Positions 26,165-40,505 of a DNA stretch of 64,000 nucleotides are shown piece by piece. Position 1 is the stretch's first letter. Each line of letters begins with the position of its first letter. The DNA is from Octopus sinensis (lineage: Eukaryota). Below the pieces are notes generated by a model. The model did not search any database, was not told the DNA's origin, and saw only the letters and a program-made list of their open reading frames with translations. The stretch is from NCBI RefSeq assembly GCF_006345805.1, contig NC_042997.1, positions 180,172,001-180,236,000 on the forward strand, given 5' to 3'. The position numbers and the translations under genes are program-made.

Positions 26165-26526
26165 GTATGTATATAAGGAGAAAGCTTGTAACTTTATTTA
26201 GATTTTATCTTAGATATTAAAGCGTCAATTATAATTATCTGGTAATCAGTTATTAACTTATTTTACCAAAAACAATCCTGTATTGTTTCCTCTTCGTGTC
26301 GGAGATAAACAAATGATAACTGGAATTAACAATGGAATCAATTTGAATTGAGGTATGAAATGTTATCTCCTCTTATATTGAAAATAATAAAATAAGAGAA
26401 AGGATTAACATCGTGGTTTAAAGCATTTTTTTACATAATACATATTGCTAATACTGGGAAATAAATATAATAAATAAGAAATTGATGAAATGCATCATTT
26501 TATGGAAGTGTATATAGTAACAACAG

Positions 26527-26773
26527 TGGAGGAGCGTTGTTTAGTGGTTAGAATGTTGAACTCATGACTGTAAGGTTGTGGTTTCGATTCCTGGATCGGG
26601 AGATGCGTTGTGTTCTTGAGCAAAACACTTCATTTCACGTAGCTCTAGTCCACTCAGCTGGTAAGAATGAGTAATCCTGAGACGGACCGGCGTCCCGTCC
26701 AGGTTAGGAATTTCTACGCCACTGAAACTGGGAAACCGGCCCTTATGAATCTGGCATGGCTCGAGAAAGAACA
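26527..26773 (+). mobile_element. tRNA-headed SINE with CORE-like body and tail 2
   Basis: Body TGTGTTCTTGAGCAAAACACTT..CCACTCAGCTG resembles the CORE domain; 3' tail shared with 25858-25970. Confidence 0.75.
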
Positions 26774-27946
26774 TTTATTATATTTATATAGTAACGACAA
26801 GGTAAATAAGTATATTTGGTTTGTTTCAATTACGAAAGGAATATGCTTATCCGAAATGTAGGCTTAGAATCATAGAAAACAAAATAGATATTTTAATGGG
26901 TGATATATTTAAATAGATATATCAAGTTATTAATTTAAAGATAATTAATGTAATTAAATAATAGTATTATGAATTTGTTGAATTTACTACATATAAGGAA
27001 TAGGAAAAACTATCGATAGATCTTATATTGTTGTTTGTAACTAAAAATACGGTGTTAAAATGTATATGAGATATGGTTGATGGCAGTTACTCAAAGGTTA
27101 AATAGGATATTGTTTTATTAAAAAATAGCTTTAACCCCTTATATGTTATGTTTTGTCCTTTATTTCATTTGCGTTCCATCTTTTTATTTTTATATATACA
27201 TATAGCGGCGCACGTACACTTTTGCTCATTTTGTAGTAAGAATGCATCTATTTATTTTACAGTTTTTTTACCATATCTTTTAGTCTTCCTCACACTTTCT
27301 TCTCTTTTTTTCGTCCACCTTCTCTCACATTTCTTGGTCCTCTCTTTCTTTAACTCCTACTTTCCTTCTCATTTACCTCCCCTGTACCTTTCCCTTTGTC
27401 TCTTTGATTTTTTTCTATTCCTTCACTCCGCTTCCCCTACCACTTTCTTCTCCTTCAACGTGGTTCGGTGTTCGGCCTGCCATGGCCTTTCTTACTTAGC
27501 CTGACTACCGACCGCCAACACCACTTATGTTCATCTACTATGTTCCTGCCTTAAGGCTTTCAATTTATACACGCCAGCTCAGCTTAATTCATCCTCAGTC
27601 GAAAGACACCTGTTGTTTTATTCTTGGTGTTTGCATTTGTAATTGTGTAACATGTTCTCCGTTTTTTTGTTGTACACGTTCGCTTGCTTTCATACAAAAA
27701 AATCGAATGCTCTTAGCTTAGACTATTTAGGAGCAACCTGATTGAGATGTCTCAAGTGGAACTGCCCGGAAATGTAGGGACGTCTGTAAATTGACTGACG
27801 AAAGAGAGACACGAATGAACCGTCCTTTTTTCCTGTTCCTCTAATTGTTGTTTTTCCTGTCCGTCTTGTATCATCTATGTGTCCGGATGTTTTATTGTGC
27901 TGCATAGTTTTTTTTTCCATTTGATATATGCGTGTGTGTTTATGTG

Positions 27947-28004
<58 letters not shown>

Positions 28005-28958
28005 GGTGGACGTATATAGATAATGATGTATGTATCTTTCTCCACATTAAGTTTCTGAATGTTTGTAGAACGATATGTAAATATGATTGTTTCCACAGTG
28101 TGTTTCGTGGTGTGAGTGTATATAATACCTAAACATACACAGATACACACGCACAAACACACATAACACTGACACACACGTGGGTGTACATATCTGTGTA
28201 TGTCTGTGTGCCTGTGTTAGTAATATAGTTATACATTCTATGTCCATCACCGTAGGTGCTCTACACTATCTCTTATGAAATTTATTCTCATTATTTTGTA
28301 CCTCTACAAATTAAATATTTTCGAAATTTAATGAATTCAGAATATAAAAGCGTTGTTGTCGTTTCTTACACAACTTGACCTGAGATCGTGTGTTAAAATT
28401 GCTTCCGTGAAAATGTTATAGTGTTGAGTCCTCAATTATACGCCGAAAATGTTGTTACTCGATGAAATAAACTGAAATTTCAAGTGTATTTAACAGCTGT
28501 TTGTTTTATTAGAATGGTTCTTCTACGAATGAATATGTTTACATAGAGATGGGCACATATGTGGCCTATTAATGATTGTTTGTAAATATTAAGCCTGTTA
28601 TATGTTGAATGAATACATGAATTTTTGTATCAGCATTCGCCTATGTATGTGTATATGGCAACAAAAATCGCGCTTACAAAATACATCCCGTGTTGCTTTG
28701 GATATAGATATTGATTCTAAGCATATGATCCCTTAATCATTAGGAACCAGCAAACAATGAGATGTGCCTACATATGATGATGTGAAATATAAAACCATTA
28801 GATTTGTAATAAAGGCATTGATATTAGGACAATCGCAATATTAAAAACAATAATATTTGCACTATATACAGGTGCACACTTGCTAAATACAGATTATATG
28901 TTGTACAAAATCCTTTTATCTCCATTCATTATATGTGGTTCTTAATATATATATGTAC

Positions 28959-28989
<31 letters not shown>

Positions 28990-29251
28990 TATACATATAT
29001 ACATATATATGCATGTATATATATATGTATATATATTTGTATGAATCTATATATGTATATGTATGTATATATATATATCAGCATGTTTATATCGATATTA
29101 TATATTGCATTTATAGAAATATAATTCCATATATTGGAAACATTCATGATATAATATACATTTAATATGCGTGTCTTGATGTCCAGTTCTAGGAGGTTTT
29201 GTAATACATACACACAAACGCACGCAAACACACACACGTACACACATTCAA

Positions 29252-29284
<33 letters not shown>

Positions 29285-29555
29285 CATTACGTATCTTCAT
29301 GGTTTTTTTATGTGGAATTGCTTGAATGAGAACGTTACATTTATACGGATATGCCTGCTTACATACATAAAAGAATGCATATATATTTATAGTCATACGT
29401 AAATATATTCATGTGTATACACACAGAAGCATATAATTATGGCATATATATATATATATATATTGTACATCTATATGTAGATCTATATAGACAGGCAGAC
29501 AGAGAGGCAGGCAGACAGATAGAGAGACAATCATGCAGACAGACGGACACACAGA

Positions 29556-29556
29556 C

Positions 29557-29652
<96 letters not shown>

Positions 29653-29660
29653 CGATAGAT
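29556..29660. repeat. (AGAT)n microsatellite
   Basis: Direct reading. Further arrays at 55858-55965 and 59335-59400. Confidence 0.97.
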
Positions 29661-32135
29661 AGACAGACAAACAGATAGATAGATATTCACAGATACTGAG
29701 AGAAAGGGGATGATAGGAAGGCAGAAAGATAGTAATCATTTCATAACAATTTCTACTAACATTAAACGTTTTAATCTATACGCGTTTAATATTGGGACCA
29801 CATATAAGCTTGCACATGATTCTACGATTCATTTCTATTCAATATTGCTTTGAGATATTGTTATAATTTTATCATCTTCATTGCATTACTCATACTAGCG
29901 ATTCCTGTATTTACTTTAAACTTTCGCTCTTGCGTTGCGCCTGCAAATAATTTTGTTATTACTTAGTTAATCTTTTATGCACATAACTTCTTTCTTTTTA
30001 TTTTTCTAATCTATTCTTCCTCTTCCCATTTCATTTTCTTTTTCTTTGAATACGTAAAATAGCAGAAAAATTATCTTCCTGAGGCAAATTATAGTAAACT
30101 ACTTCATTTCCGGCGGACAAGAAACCATTATATCTGAAGTAGAGAAATGAAGGTCAACATGTATCACAGGCCTTCACCCTCTTCACTGATGCCTAAACCA
30201 ATTTCTCATAATTTCCGGATTAGCCACAAGATTTTTAGAAAATATCTACTTGAATATTAATACCTAGAGATATAACAGTCAAACAAATATTTATTGAGAT
30301 AATCCACAATACATGTCGTAAGAATATTCGACAAATCAATACCTCAACATTCTCGTCATTTTCTCACATTACTTTCCATGTGAGAATTATAAATGTAAAG
30401 TAGATTGTAAATTGATGATAGGATTTTCAACAAGCTTACGTATCTGAGCGAATTTATAAGGAATGGAAATATATTCATAGATGTTGCAAGCTGTATGAGA
30501 TAAAGTAAATTAAAATGTATTTTGGATTGCAAACAAAGTTATATTTGGTAACTTAAAGTGTGATAACGTTTAGTTCCAATATTTTTTATAGGAATACTCT
30601 GGTCGAAATTATACCATTCATGTGATGGACATTGTCTATTTTCGAAAATTCTTTGATGATTGTGTATGTGCAATCATAAATGAAAACATTTACCTTGTTG
30701 AAAGAGAAGCATATTTAATCCATTATAGTGCACACAATAAAACAAATATCGTAACTACAAGAGAAAAATATTCCCTTTCTACCACAAATAGTAGATTTAC
30801 ATAGAGGAGCACAATTATTTTTATGTTAATAAGATCGATAATTAATTAACCTCAACTCACTTTCCGCAAATATTGATCACATCTGTTAATAATAAAAACA
30901 GTGTCTTCCTTCCACAAAACTAATTATCCACTGCGATGATTCCTATTCATAAAACAATATTTTTTTCGATTTCAAAATTACACCAATGCAGTAAAATGAA
31001 TATGTAAAAACGTCAGTTATTCATGGTGGCTTACTACCTCTTCTTTTGCTTTGTTATAAATTTTATATAAAATGAAACGAAAAGACCGAAGACATTAATG
31101 CAGAAATTATTTCATATCAATATTCAGCAGATGATATTATTCGTAGAAATTGACGCGCTTTATATATTAAAACTTTAATTTTATTGTGTCTATAACCCCG
31201 GTGTTTTATACGAAGTTCCATCATATATATAGGAATATTCAGTAACTCAATAAATAAATCAGAATTTACACTGGTTACACTTTGCAAATATCTATCAACA
31301 ACATTATCTCTCCTTATATTCTACCTCCCCATATATCAATATCTGTATACGCAATGTATGACTGTATGATGTGTGTATGTACATATAGCGAGGTGCAATG
31401 AGAGATAGAGAAAGAGAGAGACAGAGACAGAGACAGAGAAACAGAGAGATAGAGAAAGAAGCACTCGCATATTTACATCTAAAATATACAATATAGAAAT
31501 GAATTATTTTATTTCCACCGAGCGCCGCCTTGTGCAGATCGATTCTAAGATGTCCTGAAACCATCCAGATACATATGATTAGATTTAGTAAATGGAAACT
31601 GTGCGGAATACCAGCTTAAATATGTCTATATGTACCTCGGTGTCTTTTTGTATGTTTGCCTCTCAGCGCTTCGCAAGTGTTGATGCTTATGTCACGTCTG
31701 TAAACTAAACGCTAGGTAATGTGAATCGATAAAATAACAAGCAGAAAAAAACTCAGGTATTATGGCCAAAGTGTTCGAATTGAACCTTTAAGTTTCGAAC
31801 TCAATATGCGTACAAAACAGATCAATGAATAAAGAGAGCAAAAAAGTGGAGATGAATATACGTGTGCACTCGTGTGTTTAAGTATGTACACACACAAACA
31901 TATATAGATAGATAGATAAAGAGAGAGAGAGAGATATTGGTATGTTCGTGTAACCTATATATAGCGCCTATATAAACAGGGCTGATTTAGCTGTTTCTTC
32001 GTAGATTTCAGAAAATATCTTCAGAGATGTAGGGTTAATTTGCATACCCTAAGTGTGAATACTTTATTCTTTAAATATTAGGGCCGGTGAACGGGTATCT
32101 CAGTCTACACTCTACCAAATTGTTATAATTTACTT

Positions 32136-32206
<71 letters not shown>

Positions 32207-32243
32207 ATATAAACAGGGGCTATTTAGCTGTTTCTCGAAAGAC

Positions 32244-32283
<40 letters not shown>

Positions 32284-32856
32284 CAAACATATATACATAC
32301 ATACATACATACATACATACATACATACATACATACTACATACATACATACATACATACATATAGATTGAGGAACGCAGTTGAAATTCAGGTTCCATGTT
32401 TCCTTGCCAGTAGATACTCTGATATAAAAATGTTTATCCAAGTAGGGGCACTCAGGTAGCTACTCATACTCGAATATATAATTTGAAATTACATTTTCGG
32501 CGAGTTACGTCAGGATTCCTTAACGACAAAGTAACCTTCATATATTTAAGGTATTTTCGGCCTGATGATTATGAGCTAGACGATTCCCCTCGTTGAGTAA
32601 TTATTATCCCAGAGGCTTGCTAGGAAACTTACATAGCCTGAAATTTTCCTACTTCACTCTCGCAGTTTGGATTTTTATTAACATTTATAGCGGTTCAAGT
32701 AGCTAACATTAAGCTATAAATCTTTTCTCCTTGTTATCAGTTTATGGAACTGCGATATGGGAAAAGCTTACTTCCCTCGGGGCTGCTTGAAGCTTACAGA
32801 TTTCTGCACTTAAATCCTCGGATCTTATATTTACACATATATATGTAAACATATAC

Positions 32857-32954
<98 letters not shown>

Positions 32955-32955
32955 A

Positions 32956-32989
<34 letters not shown>

Positions 32990-35414
32990 TCTTTGTAACT
33001 GGTTGAAACATATATATATATATATTTCAACCAATTACAAAGAATTCGAAGACGGATGCATCTTCAAATTAATTTTTAATGTCACAATTTATCATACAGC
33101 ATAAAATGACCGACGTGTGTTTCTACTGCAAAGCATACAGTTGTGCATGCAACTTAGCATAATCTGCAGTACCTCTTCATTTAGGTTATTTCCACAAGCA
33201 TGGTTCGGAGTGATCTCAGTTTATTTACTCGTGACAACGTTATTTCCTTATTCTACACTGTTTAAGATACAAATAAAAGCGACGTAAGACATGCTGAAAT
33301 TTGACAAGACTATAAATCTATTTCTAAGCTAACCTCAAGTTGACAACAATTCAGGACGAAATTGAGAGTTTTATACAAATTAAATTAGGCCAAAGTATAT
33401 ATCATTGTTCCAATAGAATTTCTCTAAGTGTTTAACTGGTATACATGCTAGCGAACCCATAGCTGAGACCCTAACATATGCTACTTCTCGGAGTCAATGA
33501 ATCCCCCAGGAGTAATAATAGCAAAGAGGTGGTCCCACACTCCTCAAAACGCTAGGATTGCCATATCAGGACCCCCATTTGCAGTTTATTGCTATATCTA
33601 AACCATACATACACGCAAACATATGTATGTATGTATGTATGTTTTTATGTATGTATGTATGTATGTATGTATGTATGTATGTATGTATGTATGTATGTAT
33701 GTATGTATGTATGTATGTACACATGCATACACTCATGAGCTTTCCCAAATGGATACCATTCGCATTATATATGAAGATATATTCGAAAGGAGTGGAACAT
33801 TTATATAATTATGCGAGAATGTATTTTCGTTTATTTATTTATTCATTCATTTTGTCATCGAGGAAAACTATCACCTAATTGATAAATATTGAAATGTGCA
33901 TAGATAATTTAAATGGATGAAACACATTGTTTGAATTCATTGATAACAAAATTCCTTTCTTGACTGTATGCCCATTGTTCATAAATAAATGAAACTAAAA
34001 GCAAGAGGATGAGTTTGAAAAATAAAATAATCGAAAAATAAATCATGAAAGACAATGAAAAAATGTAATATTGGCATTCTAATGTCTACTTTTCTGTCCA
34101 TATTATTTGAACCTGTCGCCTGTCGATTAGTAAGTTTAATGTATGGAAAAATGTTCTGCAACTAGCCATTAAATATGTATAGCATGTAACAACTGGAAAC
34201 CCGACCATGTGTTGTTTGTAGTTGAAATGTAGATACAAATTGGCGATCCGCCAGATTCGCAGATAAAACAAGACAAAACTTGATTAACTCGCTCATCCAC
34301 ACCCACAAGAAAAACTGCTTCTAATCAGAGCAAAATAAAAATAATGACAAAAATACTAACAATTCGGTGGAATAACGAAGCCGTTAATTCGTCACTTTCA
34401 GTGTTTTCTCTAGAATCTATATTTTTAAGTACCCTCCACCGAATGCTTTAGAGAGTAAAATTTATATTTCATCCTTGCTTTGGTCGATAAAATACTGCAG
34501 TTTGGCAAAATTTGCAGCCTTTTCCCAATTTAAAAATACTTAATTCATACCTCAATAATATTTTCTAACATACGTTTCACGAAACAGAGTATATAATGAG
34601 ATTAATTTAATAATGGTGTTTTATTTAAACTACGGATGACTGGTAATTATTTAATCTAAGTTGAAGTTTGAAATTTGAAGTCAATGTAATTGGAATATTG
34701 CTTCAGGAGATAAATGTGAGAACTATTGACTTAAACATTGTAGATTATTCAAACCCCGATATTGCTACCCTGCACCATCTATAATGAGAGCGTACAAACA
34801 TGAGAGCCTTAATTGTCGCTCGATCAGCTAGATGTATCAATCGATCCTCATTATTTTTACATCCTAGCGTCATAAAATTGAAACATCGTATAATTGGGAG
34901 CGGATTTCCCTACGAATACGAAAATTACAGTCATAGCTGAATTCATTTTTATCATATACCGGCTGGCATGAGAGTAAACAGTAGCAACACCAACAACAAC
35001 AACGACGATGAGAAAGATAGTGAAAGGTAATCTGAGTAGTTGGTCGAATTCACGAATGTATATAGCATATATTAATTAAATCCTATTCTACAATAAACAA
35101 TAAACAGTACATAGAGTAATTTCGTTGTAAACATAACTTTAAAACAGCTAACTTCTCAGGTGTAGCGTCTTTGATAAAAAATGAAAGCAAAACGATACAA
35201 TGAAAGAAATGACCATTCGGTAGTGAGCATTTCTGAACGCTTCTTTTGTTAAATATGTGGCTTGTCGATGAATATGTTCACTGTAATATATTTTTTTGCA
35301 AATTGCCATTAAATATGCACAGCATGTAACAATCCGTGTTGGCAGTGGTCTAACCAACGGCAAAGGCAAAAACAATAGCATAGACAACACGATATTCTCA
35401 AATTCTATTCTATA

Positions 35415-35670
35415 TCGCTGATCACAATGCGCTTCGCATTGTTTTCACCTTCAAATGACGCCACCCCGCTGGCTAAGTGAGCTGGCCAACAGACGAAAGA
35501 GTGAGAGAAAAAGTTGTGGCGGAAGAGTTCAGCACCACCCCCTGCCGGAACATCGTGGAGCTATAGGTATTTTCGCTCAATAAACACTCAAAACGCCCGG
35601 TCTGGGAATCGAAACCGCGATCCTACGACCGCGAGTCCGCTACCCTAAACTCTGGGCCATTGCGCCTCCA
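35415..35670 (-). mobile_element. SINE type A head with tail 3
   Basis: A head and body followed by TTGGCCAGCTCACTTAGCCAGCGGGGTGGCGTCATTTGAAGG..GCATTGTGATCAG. Confidence 0.85.
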
Positions 35671-37055
35671 TATATCGCATTACTAATATATTTTAAATTG
35701 ATGGAGTTTCACCTCAGAAAACGAAGGGATATAGATTAATATACTGAAAAGTTATTGTCAACAGTTACACTAATTCAGCTTCCATACAGTTCTGTGAACA
35801 CGAAGAAGAGGTCGAATGCGAAACATTATCTTACACTTTTTGTTTTGCTATAGCAATTTTTTTTCTCACATATTCGTCCAACTATTCCTTTACTGATAGC
35901 AATAACAAAAATATGAAACCTTTAAACCAATCTAACGTTACAATAGAATTTATTGTCATCAGCGCTAAGCTTTAGGCTTACACAAATTTATTATTACAAA
36001 GGTCCGTAAGCAATTGTTATTTCTGATGTGGTTCTATTATTCTTATTTAGAGTTCGTAGTTCGGTACTTATTTAGAGTTCGGTGTCCTGTAAACCAACAT
36101 TAATAGCCTACATGTCTCTTATAAAAAAAAAGTCAGCTATTTAAGAGAAATGCAAAGTAAATCATAAAAATTATAAGCGTTGTTTTTTAAAGAGATGGAG
36201 ATAAAATTGGGAAATACACGTCAAATCAGTGACCCAGCATCACTTTCATTAAGTTAATTGACTTCAGGTAACCAACAGTTCCTATATTAAAGACGCAGAT
36301 AAAAAGAAACGCAAAAAGTAAAAAAAAAAGAAAGAAAAAATACAAAGAGAATGACAACAGAAGAACTAATTGAAATTATATTCGTAATGAAGTTTTGTTT
36401 CTATAAAAGAAGCAAGAAAACTAAAAACAAAAAAATAAAGAATGAATATTAAGGAAAACTAATTATCAGAAATTGTTCGTAATGTCTTTGTAAATATCTA
36501 AAGAGAAAAGACAAACGTACACGCACCGACTTACACATACTCACGCACACCACACACATACACACACACACACATATGTATATATATATAATATATATAT
36601 ATAAATATATCCACATACACACACAGATATATACATAGGTATATATATATATATACATTTATACAGGTATACATATTTATGTGAATATATATATATATAT
36701 ATATATATATAAACACACACACAAGTATTTGTATGAGCGCGTGTACACACACGGGCACAAACACATCCACACTTATATGCACGCACTGATACGCGCAAAC
36801 ACGCACACACATATACACACACACACACACATATAGATAGTACTGGTAAGTTGTTATTACATCATTCATATTTGTCAGAGTGACTAATGGTAACTAATAA
36901 GTAACATATAATAATGTCTTAAGTGTCTCCCAAAATAAGGCCACATTAACAAATAATGTAATTATTCGCTAATGTGACTTTATTTTGAGACTTACTATTC
37001 TAGGATCTCATATGTAATACATATATATATATATGTATATATATATATATGTATG

Positions 37056-37110
<55 letters not shown>

Positions 37111-37364
37111 TGTGTGTGTATATGTAAATATGTAGATGTGTGTTTGCGTTTATGTGTGTATGTGTGTGCATGTGTGCGCGTGCGCTTATATCGGAGATTC
37201 TCTTCCATTATAATGACTAATGAAATACCAGAAGCATGAACACGATTAGACAGATGCACATACGCGTGTGTATACATTTTTGCCTTTCTCTCTACATTTT
37301 GGTGAGTGTATGTGTATAAGTATAAATAGATATGTATGTATATATTTATATACATATATATATA

Positions 37365-37437
<73 letters not shown>

Positions 37438-37782
37438 ATGCATGTATGTATCTATGCATGTACGTACGTATGTATGTATAATATCAGGAACCTTCTATGT
37501 GTAAATACCGCAACCAGCATGATAGATCACAAAGTATATTGTCAACACAAACGCCTTAAATTAAATGACAATAGTACTATTTCGAACAATCATAGAAAAC
37601 AAAATATGCCTCGAAATATTAGCTTAATTAACAGAGAAGCAATTATTTTGCACACACTGAATTCTGAAACACTCAGAGAGGAACTGTAACATGTCGAGCT
37701 AAGTGATTGAAATATTGGGCACGTCTTCCTCAAACTACACCGAAACAAGTGGAAATTATCAGTAGTTGTCAGGTTCAATTCA

Positions 37783-38232
37783 GGGATCTTTTCGGTTTGA
37801 ACGGCAGTTTTTCTAGCAGTGTCATATGAAATTGTCACCAATAATTATGACCCTAGAATCGATCTATTGCATTTCAATTTCTTTCATGATTAGGGTTAGT
37901 TAGGGTTAGGGTTAGTTAGGGTTAGGGTTAGGGGTGGGGGAAGGGTATTTTTTATCTTCACAAATGTAAATAAACCCAATATGTTTCTTAAACGAGGCAC
38001 ATATTCATACGTCACAGAATGCTTTTTAACTCAATAGACGTCACTGATTGGTTGAAATTGCAGAAATTGAAGAAAAAAAAAGCAACAAATATCTTACAAA
38101 TTATAGAATTTTCTCAATAAAGCCAAGAGAAAAAGATGTTTTATAAACACATTCTACCAGTATACGAAGTTTAAAATTTTTTAGTTACCTAGAAACTATG
38201 TTAAAAACTGCCGTTCAAACCGAAAAGACCCC
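37783..38232. mobile_element. MITE-like non-autonomous DNA element with internal telomere-type repeats
   Basis: TIRs GGG(A/G)TCTTTTCGGTTTGAACGGCAGTTTT (28/29); flanking direct repeat AATTCA at 37777-37782 and 38233-38238; TTAGGG/TTAG array at 37890-37945. Confidence 0.85.
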
Positions 38233-38668
38233 AATTCAAAACAAAATAACATCATTCTTAATACAAGCAATATAACGGTACACCTCTTCTCATTTTCTTA
38301 TTCATAACAAGAAATTAAATGTAAACTGATTTACAGAAGTCTAATGCATTCCCGAGGTGTACACAACCGGGTAATTTTAATATCATAACATATAGGTTAT
38401 TCATTAAGATTCAAACCATTGGGAGAATTGTGACCGCTATATATGAAAATATCTGCTATATTCTGAAAGCCATGAGTTATATTTCCATTGTTATAATTAA
38501 TAGGAAGTCATTCGCATTTATATTTAGTTTGAGCTTCACACAAAGGAAATGCAAACAGGGAATTATTACTTTAGTCAGGTTTGGAAGAGCCTATTTTACC
38601 AGCTCAATCAGCAGCTAATAGATATATGATTAAATGAATATATAGATATGCATCTATAGGGATCTATA

Positions 38669-39152
38669 CAGGGGTTCGACAAAATAATGGAAACACCTTA
38701 AAATTTCTAAAATTTTATTTTGATATAGGGTAGGACCGCTTGGATTCTACGAGTTATGGATTCGAAGTTTGAATTGTTTCCAAGGGTATTTTGTCCATTC
38801 TTTGGCTAAGAAAGTCTCCACTACTTGTAGTGATGATGGTGGAGGATATCGACTCCTTACTTGTTTTTCTAAAGTGCACCATAAATGCTCAATAAGATTG
38901 AGATCTGGGGACTGTGGTGGCCAGATAAGATATTCAACTTCACTAGAATGTTCCTCGTGCCATTCAGTAACAACTTTAGCTGTGTAAATTGGTGCATTAT
39001 CATCCTGAAAGTTTGCCTTCCCTCAGGAAACAGTTACGTAAACTTAGGATGAATTTGATCAGATAAAATACTTAAATAGACTTGACTATTAATTCTGCCA
39101 TGAAGGAAAGCCGTTGGGTCGGCGGATTTCCAAGATATAGCCACCCAGATCA
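38669..39152 (-). mobile_element. Tc1-like transposon end fragment with DDE C-terminus
   Basis: TA then CAGGGGTTCGACAAAATAATGGAAACACC terminus; translation MIWVAISW..FQDDNAPIYTAK..WPPQSPDLNLIEHLW..LEKQVRSR. Confidence 0.9.
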
Positions 39153-39178
39153 TTCTGGTATTATGTAAATAGAGGAAT

Positions 39179-39395
39179 TTATCTGTAAATGTATTATGTG
39201 ACAATTATTCGGTAGCCATGTTAAAACTGCGAGTTTCGGATGTCGGGGTGGAAATCCACACCGCCATCTCTTCAGTTATCCGGCCATTTTTTTCCGATGG
39301 CCGGATGAAGAGATGGTGGCGTGGATTTCCACCCCGACGTCTGAAACTCGGACTTTCATCACGGCTACCGAATAATTGTCACATATTACAGATAA
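39179..39395. repeat. ~217-bp imperfect palindrome whose arms carry HHR-like motifs
   Basis: Arms 39179-39288 and 39297-39395 are reverse complements with a few substitutions and indels; minus-strand CTGAAGA..GAAAC at 39222-39278. Confidence 0.88.
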
Positions 39396-39396
39396 G

Positions 39397-39497
<101 letters not shown>

Positions 39498-40057
39498 CAG
39501 ACAGGCAGATTTATATGTCAGCGTGTGTATGTATGTATATATGTATGTATGCATGCATGCATGCATGTATGTATGTATGTATGTATGTATGTATGTATAT
39601 ATGTATGTATGTAGGTAAATATGATCTATGCACTTACATTGGTGACTATAAAAGTCATAGTCTTGCTCAGTGATATCCGCAAAAAAATAGTCTGTGGCAA
39701 GCTGACGAGTAAATTTTTAATGGCTGCAAATGTGTACCATAAAAAAATAGAACGTTTATATAAATAAAATAAAAACTGTACGGTGTAAAGTTCTTTTGCA
39801 ATTCTAAATGTGAAGCTACAATCTTTGAACATTGCCAGTTTATATGTGATTTTCGTGACTTATTTTTATTTGTTTTTTGCTTCATGCATCAAAAATTGCA
39901 GGCCAGTGTAATTATTATATGGTGCCTTTTGTACCAATTTACATGATCGGCTTCAGAATACAAACACGTTGATAAAGACAATATTTGCCATCACTTACAT
40001 TATTTCATTCAACTTCCTGTTCCTTCCTACACATCGTTCACACCTTCGTGCATGCTG

Positions 40058-40093
<36 letters not shown>

Positions 40094-40162
40094 ATATGCA
40101 GAGAGAGAGTGAGAGAAAGAGAGACAGAGACAGACAGACAGACAGGCAGAGAGCCAATACAC

Positions 40163-40505
40163 ACATATGAGAGGAAGAAAAAGTGGAATTCAAGTGATTC
40201 TTTATTAATCACTACGAACGTTTCGACCCATCGTGTACCGGTGCCTTGCTGGTGAGGTGCATCACACCAGCAAGCCGTTCAGGTGTATCATCCAGCGCAG
40301 ATGAGATTCCTCAGAGGTCATTTTTAAAGGAACCCTGATCATTAAACTCGGTTTCGCTTAGTTTGATTATTACATTTTGTAATTTACCGGTTGCTGGTTC
40401 TGTACAATAGTGATCACCCACAAGGAACCGATGCATGAAGGGTCGAAACGATCTTAGTGATTAATAAAGAATCTCGTTAATTCCACTTTTCTTTCTTTCG
40501 TATGT
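40163..40505. repeat. Divergent inverted-repeat element with HHR 3' halves
   Basis: 40163-40232 is the reverse complement of about 40438-40505; both read GGGTC-GAAA-CG(T/A)TC(G/T)TA-GTGATT. Confidence 0.75.

Noticed and set aside
31510-31570. Short GC-richer stretch that might be a minus-strand micro-exon
   Set aside because: Weak donor site, no partner exons and no recognisable peptide.
37890-37945. Telomere or chromosome-fusion scar
   Set aside because: Only six TTAGGG units, enclosed by TIRs and a TSD, so part of a mobile element.
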